A DNA stretch of 28,657 nt, taken from assembly GCA_023266895.1 (NCBI GenBank), contig JAHFOI010000013.1, forward strand, positions 1 to 28,657. The letters run 5' to 3'. Position numbers and translations under genes: made by a program. Numbering within the stretch: the stretch's first letter is position 1; every line of letters starts with the position of its first letter. The notes below the pieces were generated by a model that searched no databases, had not been told where the DNA came from, and saw only the letters and a program-made list of their open reading frames with translations. Below are positions 1 through 9,783 of the stretch, one piece after another. Source of the DNA: Candidatus Woesearchaeota archaeon (GTDB lineage: Archaea; Nanobdellota; Nanobdellia; Woesearchaeales; ARS49).

Positions 1-3000
1 TCACAAGTGACCATGGCAGTCTTGAGTTGCTCTTCAGTTTTTTTGGTATCCAGCACAACTCCTTCGTATTGTTGGTATTCTGATTGCAAGCCTGCGAGTT
101 CTGCATTAATGCTTGCTTCTTGGACTGCGTGGAGGTTGAGCTCAAATTCTTCTTTACGACAGTGTTCTTCTTGTTTGAAAACTTGATTTTCTATGTTAGT
201 AATTGTGTCTGAGAGCACATTACGTTGCTCAAATAAGTGTTTGCATTGTGCATAAAATTGAGCAAGTTCTTGGTCTTTAGCATGCGCACGTGTTTCTTGT
301 TCAGTGACCTTATTAGTGAGTTGTACCTCTGATTCTTTGGCAAGTTTTTGCTCTTGATGAATTGACTCAATAACCGTCGTAGCGTTGGTTAATTCTTGTG
401 CTCCTGATTCTATACGTTGGACAATGGATTTTAGTTCTGCATCTAAAGTTATGCGTTGTTCTGTGAGTTCTTTGTTTTTTTGTTCATACGCATTGAGTTC
501 TGCAAGAATGGTTGGATTTCTAATTTGACTTAGTTTTTCTCGTAACTCTTGTTTTTTTATTTTAAGGCCAGTCAATGCCTGAGTTTTTTCATTGACCAAG
601 TCTTCAAACCTGGAAAGTTCTTTTTCTGCAACAGCATGCTGTTGTTGGAGTTCTTGTTTGTATTTTTGGTTTGCATCAAGGTCGCTGGTTTCAAGATGAA
701 GTGATTTTTCTGTTTTGATGATGTCGCCTTCAAGGTTCGCTTTTACTTCGCGTAATCGTGTTATTTGTTCATCATGATCTTTTCTGCTTTCTTCTAAACG
801 CTGGATTTTGGTATCAAGAGCAGCAATTTCATTATTGGCGCAAGTGAGTTCGTCAGCAAGTCCTTTTTCTTTAAATCCTGCTATTTTTTTGTGACGATAA
901 CCGCCAATCATTGCGCCTGAAGGCTCGCATAAATCTCCTTCCAAAGTGACCATTCGCGTGGTGCCAACACCAATTTTTCTGGCAATTTCTATAGTATCAA
1001 CAACAAGAGTGTTGCCAAAGACATGACTAAAGACTGCTCTGAATTTTGGGTCAAACTCAATGAGGTCTATTGCCATGCCACGCACTCCTTTTTCATTAAG
1101 TAATTTTTTAGTTTCTTCGCGGCTGACAACAGGCCGTATTTTGTTGAGTGGTAAAAATGTTGCTATGCCAAACTGGTTTTTTTTCAAAAACTTAATGCAG
1201 TTTGCGGCAGTTTTATCATCTTCAACAACAATGCTTTGGAGTTTTTGTGCTGCGGCAACTTCGAGTGCTTGGGCGTATTCTTTGTCTGCCTGTCCTAGTT
1301 CTGCGACTGTACCGTAAATTTCTCCAAGCTGGTTTTTGTTTTCCAAGACTTTTTTTACTGCAATGTTTTCTGCGATTTGGTCTTGGACGCTGGAGTGTTT
1401 AATCTCTAGTTTAGCAGCGTGTTCTCTGAGTTGTACTACGCGTTGTCTGCTGTGCGCAAGTTCTGCTGCATGCTTACTGTCCGTATTAAGCAGTTCATTA
1501 AGTTCAAGGATGAGCTTTTTGAACTGGTCTTTTTTCTTTTTGAGCAGACTTACTTCTTCTTTGTTTTCATCTTCAAGATGTTGCACTTTCGCGATTTGTT
1601 CATCAATGGTTTGAAGTTGGAATTCTATTTTGTCTTTTTCTCTGAGCAAGGTTTGTTGTTGTTCTCTGAGCTGTTGAAGTTCTTTTTGAAGTGTTTCGCT
1701 TGTTTGATCCAACAGTGTTATTTCTTGTTCTAAGGTGTTGGTTTCTTCGCCAAGGGCATTGCGTTTTTTGAATGCTGCGATTGCACTTGTGAGTTCATTG
1801 AGCTGGTTGTGAACTACCTTTTTAGTTTGCGTAATCTCTTGGTGTTGGTTTTTTATTTGAAGGTGTGCTTCTTCAAGAGTTTTTTTGGTTTGCTGAAGTT
1901 GTTTGATGCGCTGTCCTGCTTTTTGTGCATCAAGGCTGAATGCCTGTGCTTTTGTGCGGTCTGTTGCAATATCAATGCGTAGTTGTTCAAGTTCTTTTTG
2001 CATGCACACTTGTTCTACTTCACCTTTTTGCTCAATTTCTTGAGACAATTGTTTAATCCTCTCTCGGCCAAGCAGTATCTCTTGGCGCAGGGTTTGTATT
2101 CGTGAAGTGCTACGCGCAATATTTTCTCTGTACACACTTGTTTTTTGTTCAAGACTTTGCTGGTCTTTTTTCTTTTTTTCCATTTTCTGATTACAATAAC
2201 TTGCTTTGTATGTTTTGAGCTCATCAAGAAGGTGTTTGTAGGTAATTGCTTGATCTCTGTCTTTTTTGAGGTCTTTCAAAAATCCTTCACGTTCTCTGAG
2301 TATGATGCCTGCCTGGCTGAGTTTTTCCTCAACTTTTTGCAGATCATTTAGGGCATGTTGTTTTTTTTCTTCATACGTTGAAATACCTGCGATTTCCTCA
2401 ATAATCATGCGTCGTTCTGTAGGACTCATCTCAACCAATCGTATGATGTCTCCTTGCAGAATGATGTTGTACCCGTCAGGATTTATGCGTGCTGCTGCAA
2501 GCATTTCAAGTACTTCTTGTCGCGTGCGTGTTTTGCCATTTATTTTGTACTTACTTGTTCCATCTGAGCCAACAATTCTGCTAAGCTTTACTTCATCATC
2601 TGATAGAGGAAATGTGTTGTTGGAATTGTCAAAGCAAATGCTTACTTCTGCTTGTTTTGAAGGGTTTTTTGTCTTGCCTCCATTGTAGATAAGGTTTGAG
2701 CTTTTTTCTGCTCTGAGCTGCTTGCTGCTTGATTTACCTAAGACAAAGCAGAGCGCATCTAACACATTGCTTTTTCCTGAGCCATTAGGCCCTAGTATTG
2801 CATTAAAGTCTTCGCCAAGTAAAAGTTCTGTGCGTTTGCCAAAGCTTTTGAATCCATCAAGCACGAGTTTTGTTATTCGTGTGGATTGAACTGAGGAGCG
2901 TACGGGCAGAACACGTGATGCAGCTTGCGTAGTGCTTTGATCGCTAGGCAGTGCGCCAGAAATTGCATGGGAATGATCAGGGGCAATTACACTACTTCCT

Positions 3001-3011
3001 TCATCAGTCAT
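1..3011 (-). CDS. smc: Chromosome segregation protein SMC, partial (C-terminus beyond the window start)
   Basis: Missing from the ORF track because the frame has no stop in the window. Reverse-strand translation from ATG 3011 gives MTDEGSSVIAPDHSHAIS...RITKLVLDGFKSFGKRTELLLGEDFNAILGPNGSGKSNVLDALCFVLGKSSSKQLRAEK (SMC Walker A), then INPDGYNIILQGDIIRLVEMSPTERRMIIEEIAGISTYEEKK, a long coiled coil, and hinge-like GDLCEPSGAMIGGYRHKK near 860-950. TATA-like TATTTAAA (plus-strand view) lies at 3035-3042. Confidence 0.93.
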   Translation of the reverse strand, partial: MTDEGSSVIAPDHSHAISGALPSDQSTTQAASRVLPVRSSVQSTRITKLVLDGFKSFGKRTELLLGEDFNAILGPNGSGKSNVLDALCFVLGKSSSKQLRAEKSSNLIYNGGKTKNPSKQAEVSICFDNSNNTFPLSDDEVKLSRIVGSDGTSKYKINGKTRTRQEVLEMLAAARINPDGYNIILQGDIIRLVEMSPTERRMIIEEIAGISTYEEKKQHALNDLQKVEEKLSQAGIILREREGFLKDLKKDRDQAITYKHLLDELKTYKASYCNQKMEKKKKDQQSLEQKTSVYRENIARSTSRIQTLRQEILLGRERIKQLSQEIEQKGEVEQVCMQKELEQLRIDIATDRTKAQAFSLDAQKAGQRIKQLQQTKKTLEEAHLQIKNQHQEITQTKKVVHNQLNELTSAIAAFKKRNALGEETNTLEQEITLLDQTSETLQKELQQLREQQQTLLREKDKIEFQLQTIDEQIAKVQHLEDENKEEVSLLKKKKDQFKKLILELNELLNTDSKHAAELAHSRQRVVQLREHAAKLEIKHSSVQDQIAENIAVKKVLENKNQLGEIYGTVAELGQADKEYAQALEVAAAQKLQSIVVEDDKTAANCIKFLKKNQFGIATFLPLNKIRPVVSREETKKLLNEKGVRGMAIDLIEFDPKFRAVFSHVFGNTLVVDTIEIARKIGVGTTRMVTLEGDLCEPSGAMIGGYRHKKIAGFKEKGLADELTCANNEIAALDTKIQRLEESRKDHDEQITRLREVKANLEGDIIKTEKSLHLETSDLDANQKYKQELQQQHAVAEKELSRFEDLVNEKTQALTGLKIKKQELREKLSQIRNPTILAELNAYEQKNKELTEQRITLDAELKSIVQRIESGAQELTNATTVIESIHQEQKLAKESEVQLTNKVTEQETRAHAKDQELAQFYAQCKHLFEQRNVLSDTITNIENQVFKQEEHCRKEEFELNLHAVQEASINAELAGLQSEYQQYEGVVLDTKKTEEQLKTAMVTC

Positions 3012-3076
3012 ACCAAAAATTGTCAGTCTAATGCTATTTAAAGGTTTGCTCGCCAAAAAAAGGGTTGGCTCTTGTT

Positions 3077-5074
3077 TCACTCTTTTTTTTCGCAGAGTTG
3101 TGCTGTGAAAAATGCAAGTACATCTGCTTGTGTTTGCAGCATAAGTGTAAGTCCTGAACCTGGTCCGTGTCCTGCATCTTGTTGAGTTCGTAAAAGTACT
3201 GGATGACAGGTGTTGGTTTGTTGCAGAATTGCAGTCATTTTGCGGGCGTGAAGTGGGTGGACACGTGTATCATGTGTACTTGTCGTAAAAAGTACGGGAG
3301 GATATTCTATTCCTTGTTTGACATTGTGGTATGGACTCCAGTGTTTGAGCCATCCAAATTCATCTGGTTGTTCTGGATCACCCCATTCATGCACCCAGCG
3401 TGCTGCAATAAGAAATCTTGGATACCGAAACATGTCGAGCACTGGCACTTGACATACGACGGCACTGAACAAATCTGGTCGTTGAGTCATGCACGCTCCA
3501 ACTGTAAGTCCACCATTGCTTCCTCCAATAATGCCCAACGTGCTTGCAGCTCCTTGTTTCATGAGCTGTTCTCCTACTGCAATAAAATCATTGAATGTGT
3601 TTTGCTTGTTGGACAATGTTCCTTGGTCATGCCATGTTTTGCCAAATTCTCCTCCTCCTCTGATGTTTGCAAGAGCAAAGATTCCTCCTTGATCAAGCCA
3701 GGGTTTTATCTGCGCAAGATAATATGGAGGCACAGAAACTCCATACCCGCCATACCCTGTAAGTATTGTAGGTGCAGGTGTTTGAGTTTTTTTTGGTTTG
3801 ACAACAAAAAAAGGCACGCGTGTTTTATCCTTTGAATTTGCCCACTGTTGACTGATATCATACTCTTCTGGATTAAAAATATTTTCTGTTTGTCTCCACA
3901 CTGTTGTTTTTCCTTGGTCTACTGAATAAATCTTCTTTGCAGTCACAAACCCAACTTGTGCGTAAAAAAATTCTTGTTCTTGGGCGCGCGCCTTTATTCC
4001 AGGACAGGTGCTAAAAAGAGGCAGTGCAAGTTGACCTTTGGAAATTCCTTGGTGTGTAAACAACAATACTTCGGAGGAACAATTATCTAAGTATCTTGCA
4101 ATCAAAAAATCTTTGCTCACATTAATTCCTTCAAGCGGTTTTGATTCTGGGACAAGAATAGGCCACGAGATAATTTGTGTTGGGAGCTGTGATATGGGCA
4201 CTGCTCGAATACAAAAGTTTGGCGCCTGATAATTTGTGCAAACAAAGACTTGGCTATCAGTAATAACTGGGCTGGCAAGTGCGTGTAATGATTCAGAAAG
4301 ACAAGTGATTTTTTCTTCAGCATACATGAAAAGTTCATTGGCATGCCAATGTTGTTGGACAGTAATTAAAAGGATTTTTCCATTTAGTGATATGCTGAGT
4401 TCAATCATGTCTTCTTTTGGCCTATCTTTGCCAAAAATAAGCACATCCTGCGCACAATCCACGTTAAGTTTGTGAAGGTAGACACGAGCATAATACTGTT
4501 CATCACCTGCTGGAACACTTCCTGGTGCAGGATGTCGCGTGTAATAAAAGCCAGTTTCATCAGCAAGCCAGGCAACTGATGCATGACGTGTGTGCTTGAT
4601 GTGCTCAATATCTTTTTCTAGTTCTAAGGAATACACATGCATTGTTGATTGTTCATCGCCTTTTTGTGAAAGCCCATACGTTATGTACTTGCCTGTTGGC
4701 GAGACAAACCAGAAATCAAGGTTTGTTGAAGGTTGTGTGTTTGGATCAATGAGACAGTGTGGCGTTCCTTGCAATCCTTCAGAGAAATACAGTGCAAGGT
4801 GGTCTTGTCCTTTTTTTCGTTCTTCCCAAAAGTAGTGCTTGCCTCGTTTGCTTGGTGGAAAAAAGGCTGTTGATTCAAATGCTTTTTTGAGTTCTGAAAA
4901 ATATTGTGCAGGATGTTGGGGTGCGAGCACTTCTTTTGTTAGTTGATTTTGTGCAGCAATCCATGCATGTACTTCAGGAGTTTCTTCTTCAAGCCATTGA
5001 TAGGGGTCTGTGATTGTGCAGCCATTCAAAGAATACGTGAATTGGCGTCGAGGTGTTAAGGGACTTGATTGCAT
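3077..5074 (-). CDS. Prolyl oligopeptidase family serine peptidase (S9A-like)
   Basis: 665 aa. N-terminal TDPYQWLEEETPEVHAWIAAQN, catalytic GGSNGGLTVGACMTQRPDLFSAVVC, C-terminal TSTHDTRVHPLHARKM and DAGHGPG. TATA-like box about 22 nt upstream of the ATG. Confidence 0.93.
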   Translation of the reverse strand: MQSSPLTPRRQFTYSLNGCTITDPYQWLEEETPEVHAWIAAQNQLTKEVLAPQHPAQYFSELKKAFESTAFFPPSKRGKHYFWEERKKGQDHLALYFSEGLQGTPHCLIDPNTQPSTNLDFWFVSPTGKYITYGLSQKGDEQSTMHVYSLELEKDIEHIKHTRHASVAWLADETGFYYTRHPAPGSVPAGDEQYYARVYLHKLNVDCAQDVLIFGKDRPKEDMIELSISLNGKILLITVQQHWHANELFMYAEEKITCLSESLHALASPVITDSQVFVCTNYQAPNFCIRAVPISQLPTQIISWPILVPESKPLEGINVSKDFLIARYLDNCSSEVLLFTHQGISKGQLALPLFSTCPGIKARAQEQEFFYAQVGFVTAKKIYSVDQGKTTVWRQTENIFNPEEYDISQQWANSKDKTRVPFFVVKPKKTQTPAPTILTGYGGYGVSVPPYYLAQIKPWLDQGGIFALANIRGGGEFGKTWHDQGTLSNKQNTFNDFIAVGEQLMKQGAASTLGIIGGSNGGLTVGACMTQRPDLFSAVVCQVPVLDMFRYPRFLIAARWVHEWGDPEQPDEFGWLKHWSPYHNVKQGIEYPPVLFTTSTHDTRVHPLHARKMTAILQQTNTCHPVLLRTQQDAGHGPGSGLTLMLQTQADVLAFFTAQLCEKKE

Positions 5075-5137
5075 ACAATCAATTATCAGAACTCTGTTTT
5101 AAAGGTTTGTTTTGTAGACTTCAAAAAATTGTGAATG

Positions 5138-5803
5138 CTAATTAAAGCCTTCTAGTTTTTTTTGCGTTAGTCTTTGTGCATATTTCTTGAATGGTGCCCA
5201 GCTTTTTCTGAATATTGTTGAGTATTTCTTCCAGTTTTTTTCCAAAAAGGCTTTAGTGTAGGGATCGCTTGGATAGCCTGAACCAAAGTCTAACCCTATT
5301 TTTTTCTTTAGTTCATCAATAAGTCTGTCGCGTTCTACTTTTGCAAGAATGCTTGCTGCACTCACCGCAGGATAATCTCTATCTGCATGGTGTGCGCAAT
5401 GTATTTCTATTTTTTTAATGAGCTTTTTTTGTATGTAATCAGTAAATGCTTTGATATTTGGGCTGGGACAATCAATGTATACCACATCTGGTTTGAGTGC
5501 ATTGAGTAATTCTGCTTGTTTGTCTGCTTCAAGCCAATTGAGGTTTGTGGTTTTGCTTTGTACTGCGGCATCTATTTCTACAGGTTCAACAGCAATTAAT
5601 TTGTATGCTGTAGCAAGTTGCTGAATACTCGCAACCAACTCAGTACGTTCTGTTCGCGTGAGTTCTTTGCTGTCTTTCGCGCCTATCTCCTTGAACTTTG
5701 CATGATTTTTAGCATCAATACACACTGCGCACAGCACCATAGGTCCAATAACAGGTCCTCTGCCTGCTTCATCAATTCCACAAACTATAGTCATATCGCT
5801 CAT
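5138..5803 (-). CDS. rnhB: Ribonuclease HII
   Basis: CGIDEAGRGPVIGPMVLCAV, GAKDSKELTRTER, HHADRDYPAVSAASILAKVERDR. The true start may be ATG at 5794, 22 nt after a CTTAATTA box. Confidence 0.94.
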   Translation of the reverse strand: MSDMTIVCGIDEAGRGPVIGPMVLCAVCIDAKNHAKFKEIGAKDSKELTRTERTELVASIQQLATAYKLIAVEPVEIDAAVQSKTTNLNWLEADKQAELLNALKPDVVYIDCPSPNIKAFTDYIQKKLIKKIEIHCAHHADRDYPAVSAASILAKVERDRLIDELKKKIGLDFGSGYPSDPYTKAFLEKNWKKYSTIFRKSWAPFKKYAQRLTQKKLEGFN

Positions 5804-5900
5804 TCAGTCCACAGAGTAATTAAGGTTTGCTATTCATGTTTGACGCAACGCAGCTACATGAAAATAAAAAATGCGAAGCTTTATATAAAAGTATTCACTT

Positions 5901-6224
5901 ATGAGTAGTATGAAAAAACTCGAGCAGGTCATGGGCGGTACAGCAATAGGTGTAACAGGATTTATCGTAGGATACATCTCTTCAGAAATGAAGCCTGACA
6001 AAAAAGACACGCGCCCAGCACATCTTTCTTCTGTTTCAACACACTATACTTATTCTCCTACGCACATAGCAACTTCCTCAGCTTACAGGCTAAGTAGAGA
6101 TAATTTTTACACTCCTGATAATTTTATTATGCCTGGTCTTGGCATGTTGTTAGGTCTTGTTGCAGCAGGCGCGTATGCATTAGGAAAGAAAATAATTGAG
6201 AAAATCAATAAAACACAGATGTGA
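5901..6224 (+). CDS. Small hypothetical membrane protein with two hydrophobic segments
   Basis: 107-aa ORF with hydrophobic segments GTAIGVTGFIVGYIS and GLGMLLGLVAAGAYALG. TATA-like TTTATATAAA just upstream; the start may be 5901 or 5910. Confidence 0.6.
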   Translation: MSSMKKLEQVMGGTAIGVTGFIVGYISSEMKPDKKDTRPAHLSSVSTHYTYSPTHIATSSAYRLSRDNFYTPDNFIMPGLGMLLGLVAAGAYALGKKIIEKINKTQM

Positions 6225-6339
6225 CACCATAACAAAAATTGGTTTATGCACAAATTTCTAAGCACAGCCCCTCCACCCTTCCCCAAAAAAACTTTTTCTT
6301 GCCGAAAGTCTTTTATATGCTCGTATGAAAATAGAACAT

Positions 6340-7329
6340 ATGCTTCGTGTTGCTATTAATGGATTTGGCAGGATTGGCAGACACCTTCTTCATGCAGGTT
6401 TGCAAGACAAAAACATAGAATGGGTTGCCATAAATGACTTGGCAGACAGCCACACTCTTGCCTACTTGCTCAAGCATGATTCAGTATTTGGATTATTTAA
6501 GGGTACGATTTCTGCAACACCAGGGGTCATTGTTGTGGATGGCAGGAAGATTTCTATATTAAATGAAAAAGATGCCAGCCGTTTGCCTTGGCGCAAGCTT
6601 CAGGTTGATGTTGTTGTGGAATGTACTGGTTTGATGGCCTCTCGAGATGCTGCAGCAGTTCACTTGCGTGCTGGCGCGCATAAAGTGCTTGTGTCAGCAC
6701 CTTGTGATAACGCAGATATTACGCTTGTGAAAGGAGTGAATGAAAAAAAATACCATAAAAAAAAGCACAACATCATTTCTAATGCAAGCTGCACCACAAA
6801 TGCGCTCGCGCCAATTGTTAAAGTGCTTCAAGAAGCTCTTGGTATCAAGCACGGATTCATGCTTACGGCTCATGCATTAACTGCAGATCAACGACTGATT
6901 GATGCTCCTCATAAGGACCTGCGTCGTGGAAGAGCTGCTGCGTTGTCTATTGTACCATCAACAACTGGTGCTGCAAAAACAGTTGCTGAAGTTCTTCCTG
7001 AACTTGCAGGAAAGCTTGATGGCATGTCTTGGAGGGTTCCTGTGCCTGATGGTAGCATTGTTAATTTTTCATGTGTTGTGAAAAAGCAGACAAGTGTTCG
7101 CGAAGTTAATGAATTATTGCGTAAGGCAAGCAAAGGTGTGATGAAAGGAATCATAGATGTGACCAATGAAGAACTTGTTTCTCATGACATCATTGGTAAT
7201 TCACACAGTTGTGTTGTTGATGCATTAAGTACACTTGTTATTGACAAACACTTAGTTTCTGTGGCAGCATGGTATGATAATGAATGGGCATATGCCTGTA
7301 GAATAATTGATATTCTTAAAATTCTCTAG
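6340..7329 (+). CDS. gap: Glyceraldehyde-3-phosphate dehydrogenase, type I (bacterial/eukaryotic-type)
   Basis: VAINGFGRIGRHLLHAG, SNASCTTNALAPIVKVL, GAAKTVAEVLPELAGKLDGMSWRVPVPDGSIVNF, SWYDNEWAYA-like VAAWYDNEWAYACR. TTTATATG ends about 20 nt before ATG 6340; the track start at 6325 is probably too early. Confidence 0.94.
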   Translation: MLRVAINGFGRIGRHLLHAGLQDKNIEWVAINDLADSHTLAYLLKHDSVFGLFKGTISATPGVIVVDGRKISILNEKDASRLPWRKLQVDVVVECTGLMASRDAAAVHLRAGAHKVLVSAPCDNADITLVKGVNEKKYHKKKHNIISNASCTTNALAPIVKVLQEALGIKHGFMLTAHALTADQRLIDAPHKDLRRGRAAALSIVPSTTGAAKTVAEVLPELAGKLDGMSWRVPVPDGSIVNFSCVVKKQTSVREVNELLRKASKGVMKGIIDVTNEELVSHDIIGNSHSCVVDALSTLVIDKHLVSVAAWYDNEWAYACRIIDILKIL

Positions 7330-7852
7330 AATTCAGGAGTGTCACATAGGGAACCTCATATGTTTCCTGGTGCATGCGTAAATTAAAAAAAGTTAGGTGG
7401 ACTGCAGTTACTGTTCCGCTCAAATGCATAAACTGAAAAGACGTTCCCAATTTAACAGGTATTCCTCGTAACATAAGAAGCATGCGCACAAGTATGTTTC
7501 TAAAAAAATCATACAGCAACAGTAACATACCAAGCACAAGAAAAAAGACCAGCGCTGCAAGAATAAAAAACCCTGTCACAAATGCAATGTTGAGTACGTG
7601 CAATGCAAGAATAAGAGCAACGACATCAATAAAATAAGTAATGAGTTGTGAGAGAAATTGTGTTGCAGAAAATTTGACTGGCAATGACTTTGCAATAGCA
7701 TCAAGCCCTGTGCGAATAAATAAAACATAGACTGCTCTTCCTGTGATTTTTCCAATCAGCAAACCAATGAAAAGAGTGAACAAACTTGTTGCGCCAACAC
7801 GTAATCCATACAACAATTGGTCTTGCACAAGTCCAAGCACTGCCATGTTCAT
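7316..7852 (-). CDS. Small MscS-like membrane protein (putative mechanosensitive channel-type)
   Basis: 178 aa, several TM segments, then DFFRNILVRMLLMLRGIPVKLGTSFQFMHLSGTVTAVHLTFFNLR...YEVPYVTLLNSREF, resembling the TM3/beta domain of MscS. Start likely ATG 7846. Confidence 0.6.
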   Translation of the reverse strand: MNMAVLGLVQDQLLYGLRVGATSLFTLFIGLLIGKITGRAVYVLFIRTGLDAIAKSLPVKFSATQFLSQLITYFIDVVALILALHVLNIAFVTGFFILAALVFFLVLGMLLLLYDFFRNILVRMLLMLRGIPVKLGTSFQFMHLSGTVTAVHLTFFNLRMHQETYEVPYVTLLNSREF

Positions 7853-7898
7853 TCAAGAGAGGTCATGTTTTTAAATGTACGCCTGTTTGAGTAACGCA

Positions 7899-8996
7899 AT
7901 GGTTAATTATGAACAGCAAATTAAAGAAATGGAAGACCAGCTGCGCAAAGCACAGTATAACAAGCATACCGAGCATCATTTTGGTGTTGTGAAAGCGCAA
8001 ATTGCTAAGCTTCGTGAACGTGCGCAAAAACGTCAGGGCGTGGGTACCTCAAGCGCTGGTTTTGCAGTTAAGAAAAGTGGTGACGCAACCGCGATCATTC
8101 TTGGTTTTCCCAGTGTTGGTAAATCAACATTATTGAATGCATTAACTGGTGCACAATCCAAAGTTGCAGCATATGCGTTCACAACTCTGGATGTTATTCC
8201 TGGAGTTTTGCGGTACAAACATGCAAGTATTCAAATTTTGGATGTGCCTGGCATTATTCAAGGTGCAGCATCTGGGAGGGGTCGTGGCAGGGAAGTGCTT
8301 GCGATGATTCGCAATGCAGATGTAATCATGATGTTAATTGATGCATTACATCCTGAACATTATGACGCATTAGTTCATGAGGTGTATGAAGCAGGAGTGC
8401 GCATGAATCAGCACCCGCCAGACATACGAGTTGCAAAGCGAAGCAAAGGGGGAATAGTATTCAATAGCACAGTAAAGATGACAAAGGTCTCTCCTGAGAC
8501 ATGTATTGCTGTTTTGCGCGAGTTTAGAATGAATAATGTGGACGTAGTTGTACGCCAAGATGTGACTCTGGATGAATTTATTGATGCTCTTGAAGGAAAC
8601 AGAACATATGTTCCGTTAGTGCTTGTAGTAAGTAAAGCTGATTTGCTTGATGCACGTGCAAAAGCAGAACTTGTTCGCACGCTTCATCCAGATGTGTTCG
8701 TGAGTTGTGAAACAAAACAGGGTATTGATGAACTCAAGGAATGCTTGCACAAACGTATTGGATTTATGCGCGTGTTTTTGAAGGAAATAAACAAAAAGCC
8801 TGATCTTAATGAGCCTATGATTTTGAGAAGTCCTATGACGCTACGAAGCGTGTGTGAACAGATTCATAGGGATTTCGTGCGCAAGTTTAAGTATGCGCGT
8901 GTGTGGGGAAAAAGCGCTAAATTTCCGGGCCAGCAGTTTCGCCAGCTTGAAAAACTTTTGTGTGACGGAGATATTATTGAGGTACACGTAAGCTGA
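7899..8996 (+). CDS. DRG/Obg-family GTP-binding protein with C-terminal TGS domain
   Basis: ILGFPSVGKSTLLNALTGAQSKVAAYAFTTLDVIPGVL (G1), LDVPGIIQGAASGRGRGREVLAMIRNAD (G3), VVSKADLLD (G4), TGS-like ARVWGKSAKFPGQQFRQLEKLLCDGDIIEVH. ATG 7899 follows TTTTTAAAT by 22 nt. Confidence 0.93.
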   Translation: MVNYEQQIKEMEDQLRKAQYNKHTEHHFGVVKAQIAKLRERAQKRQGVGTSSAGFAVKKSGDATAIILGFPSVGKSTLLNALTGAQSKVAAYAFTTLDVIPGVLRYKHASIQILDVPGIIQGAASGRGRGREVLAMIRNADVIMMLIDALHPEHYDALVHEVYEAGVRMNQHPPDIRVAKRSKGGIVFNSTVKMTKVSPETCIAVLREFRMNNVDVVVRQDVTLDEFIDALEGNRTYVPLVLVVSKADLLDARAKAELVRTLHPDVFVSCETKQGIDELKECLHKRIGFMRVFLKEINKKPDLNEPMILRSPMTLRSVCEQIHRDFVRKFKYARVWGKSAKFPGQQFRQLEKLLCDGDIIEVHVS

Positions 8997-9054
8997 CCTC
9001 CTCACAGCTCACATTTTAGTAACCTTATTATACCACTTCTTGTTCTCAAATTGC

Positions 9055-9783
9055 ATGCCAAAAAATAGTTCTTTGATTACCCTATCAAAAAAAATAAAGG
9101 GCGCCACAGTTATTGAAGGTTTTCCTGGAGTGGGTCTCGTGGCCACGATTGCAACAGGTTTTTTGAGTGAACACTTAAAGTGTGAAAAAATTGGCAAATA
9201 TTTTTTCTCAGATCCTCCAGCTACTGTAGCAATTCATGGCAGCCACATTGTTGATCCAGTTACAGTGTATTACAGCAAAAAACACAACATTGTTATTGTT
9301 CATTCTATCATAAACACTGCAAGTATGGAGTTTAGGGCTGCTGATCTTGTGCTTGATGTTTGCAAGCAAGTGCAGGCCAAAGAGCTTATCGCGCTTGAAG
9401 GAGTTGGTGCAACAGATCAAGAAGACAGTCAAGCATTTCATTATTGCACGCATGAAAAATGCCAAAAAACAATGAAAAAAATAGGTATCAACGGTTTGAA
9501 TGAAGGAATTATCGTCGGAACCACTGGTGCATTGCTTTTGAAAGCATCAGATGCCAAGGCACCATTGACTGCTATTTTTGTAGGTACTCATTTGAACATG
9601 CCTGATTCCAAGGCTGCGGCAAAAGCTATTGAAGTTTTAGATAAATATCTTGGTTTAAGCGTACCTTATGCTCCTTTGTTGCGTCAAGCTGAAAAGTTTG
9701 AGTCAAAGCTTCATGGCATGATGGAACAAGCAATGCTGACCAAACAATTGAAGGAGCAAAAAGATACTAATTATGTTGGGTAA
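9055..9783 (+). CDS. PAC2 family protein (proteasome assembly chaperone-like)
   Basis: ATVIEGFPGVGLVATIATGFLSEHLKCEKIGKYFFSDPPATVAIHGSHIVDPVTVYYSKKHNIVIVHS...LIALEGVG. Start ATG 9055 is 20 nt after TTATTATACC. Confidence 0.87.
   Translation: MPKNSSLITLSKKIKGATVIEGFPGVGLVATIATGFLSEHLKCEKIGKYFFSDPPATVAIHGSHIVDPVTVYYSKKHNIVIVHSIINTASMEFRAADLVLDVCKQVQAKELIALEGVGATDQEDSQAFHYCTHEKCQKTMKKIGINGLNEGIIVGTTGALLLKASDAKAPLTAIFVGTHLNMPDSKAAAKAIEVLDKYLGLSVPYAPLLRQAEKFESKLHGMMEQAMLTKQLKEQKDTNYVG

Noticed and set aside
1060-2688. Several + strand ORFs (85-140 aa), e.g. 1336..1614 and 2266..2688
   Set aside because: They are antisense to the SMC coding frame and have Cys/Ser/Phe-rich composition typical of shadow ORFs.
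3203-4835. + strand ORFs within the prolyl oligopeptidase gene, including the 210-aa 3203..3835
   Set aside because: Antisense to a convincing S9 peptidase; no recognisable domains.
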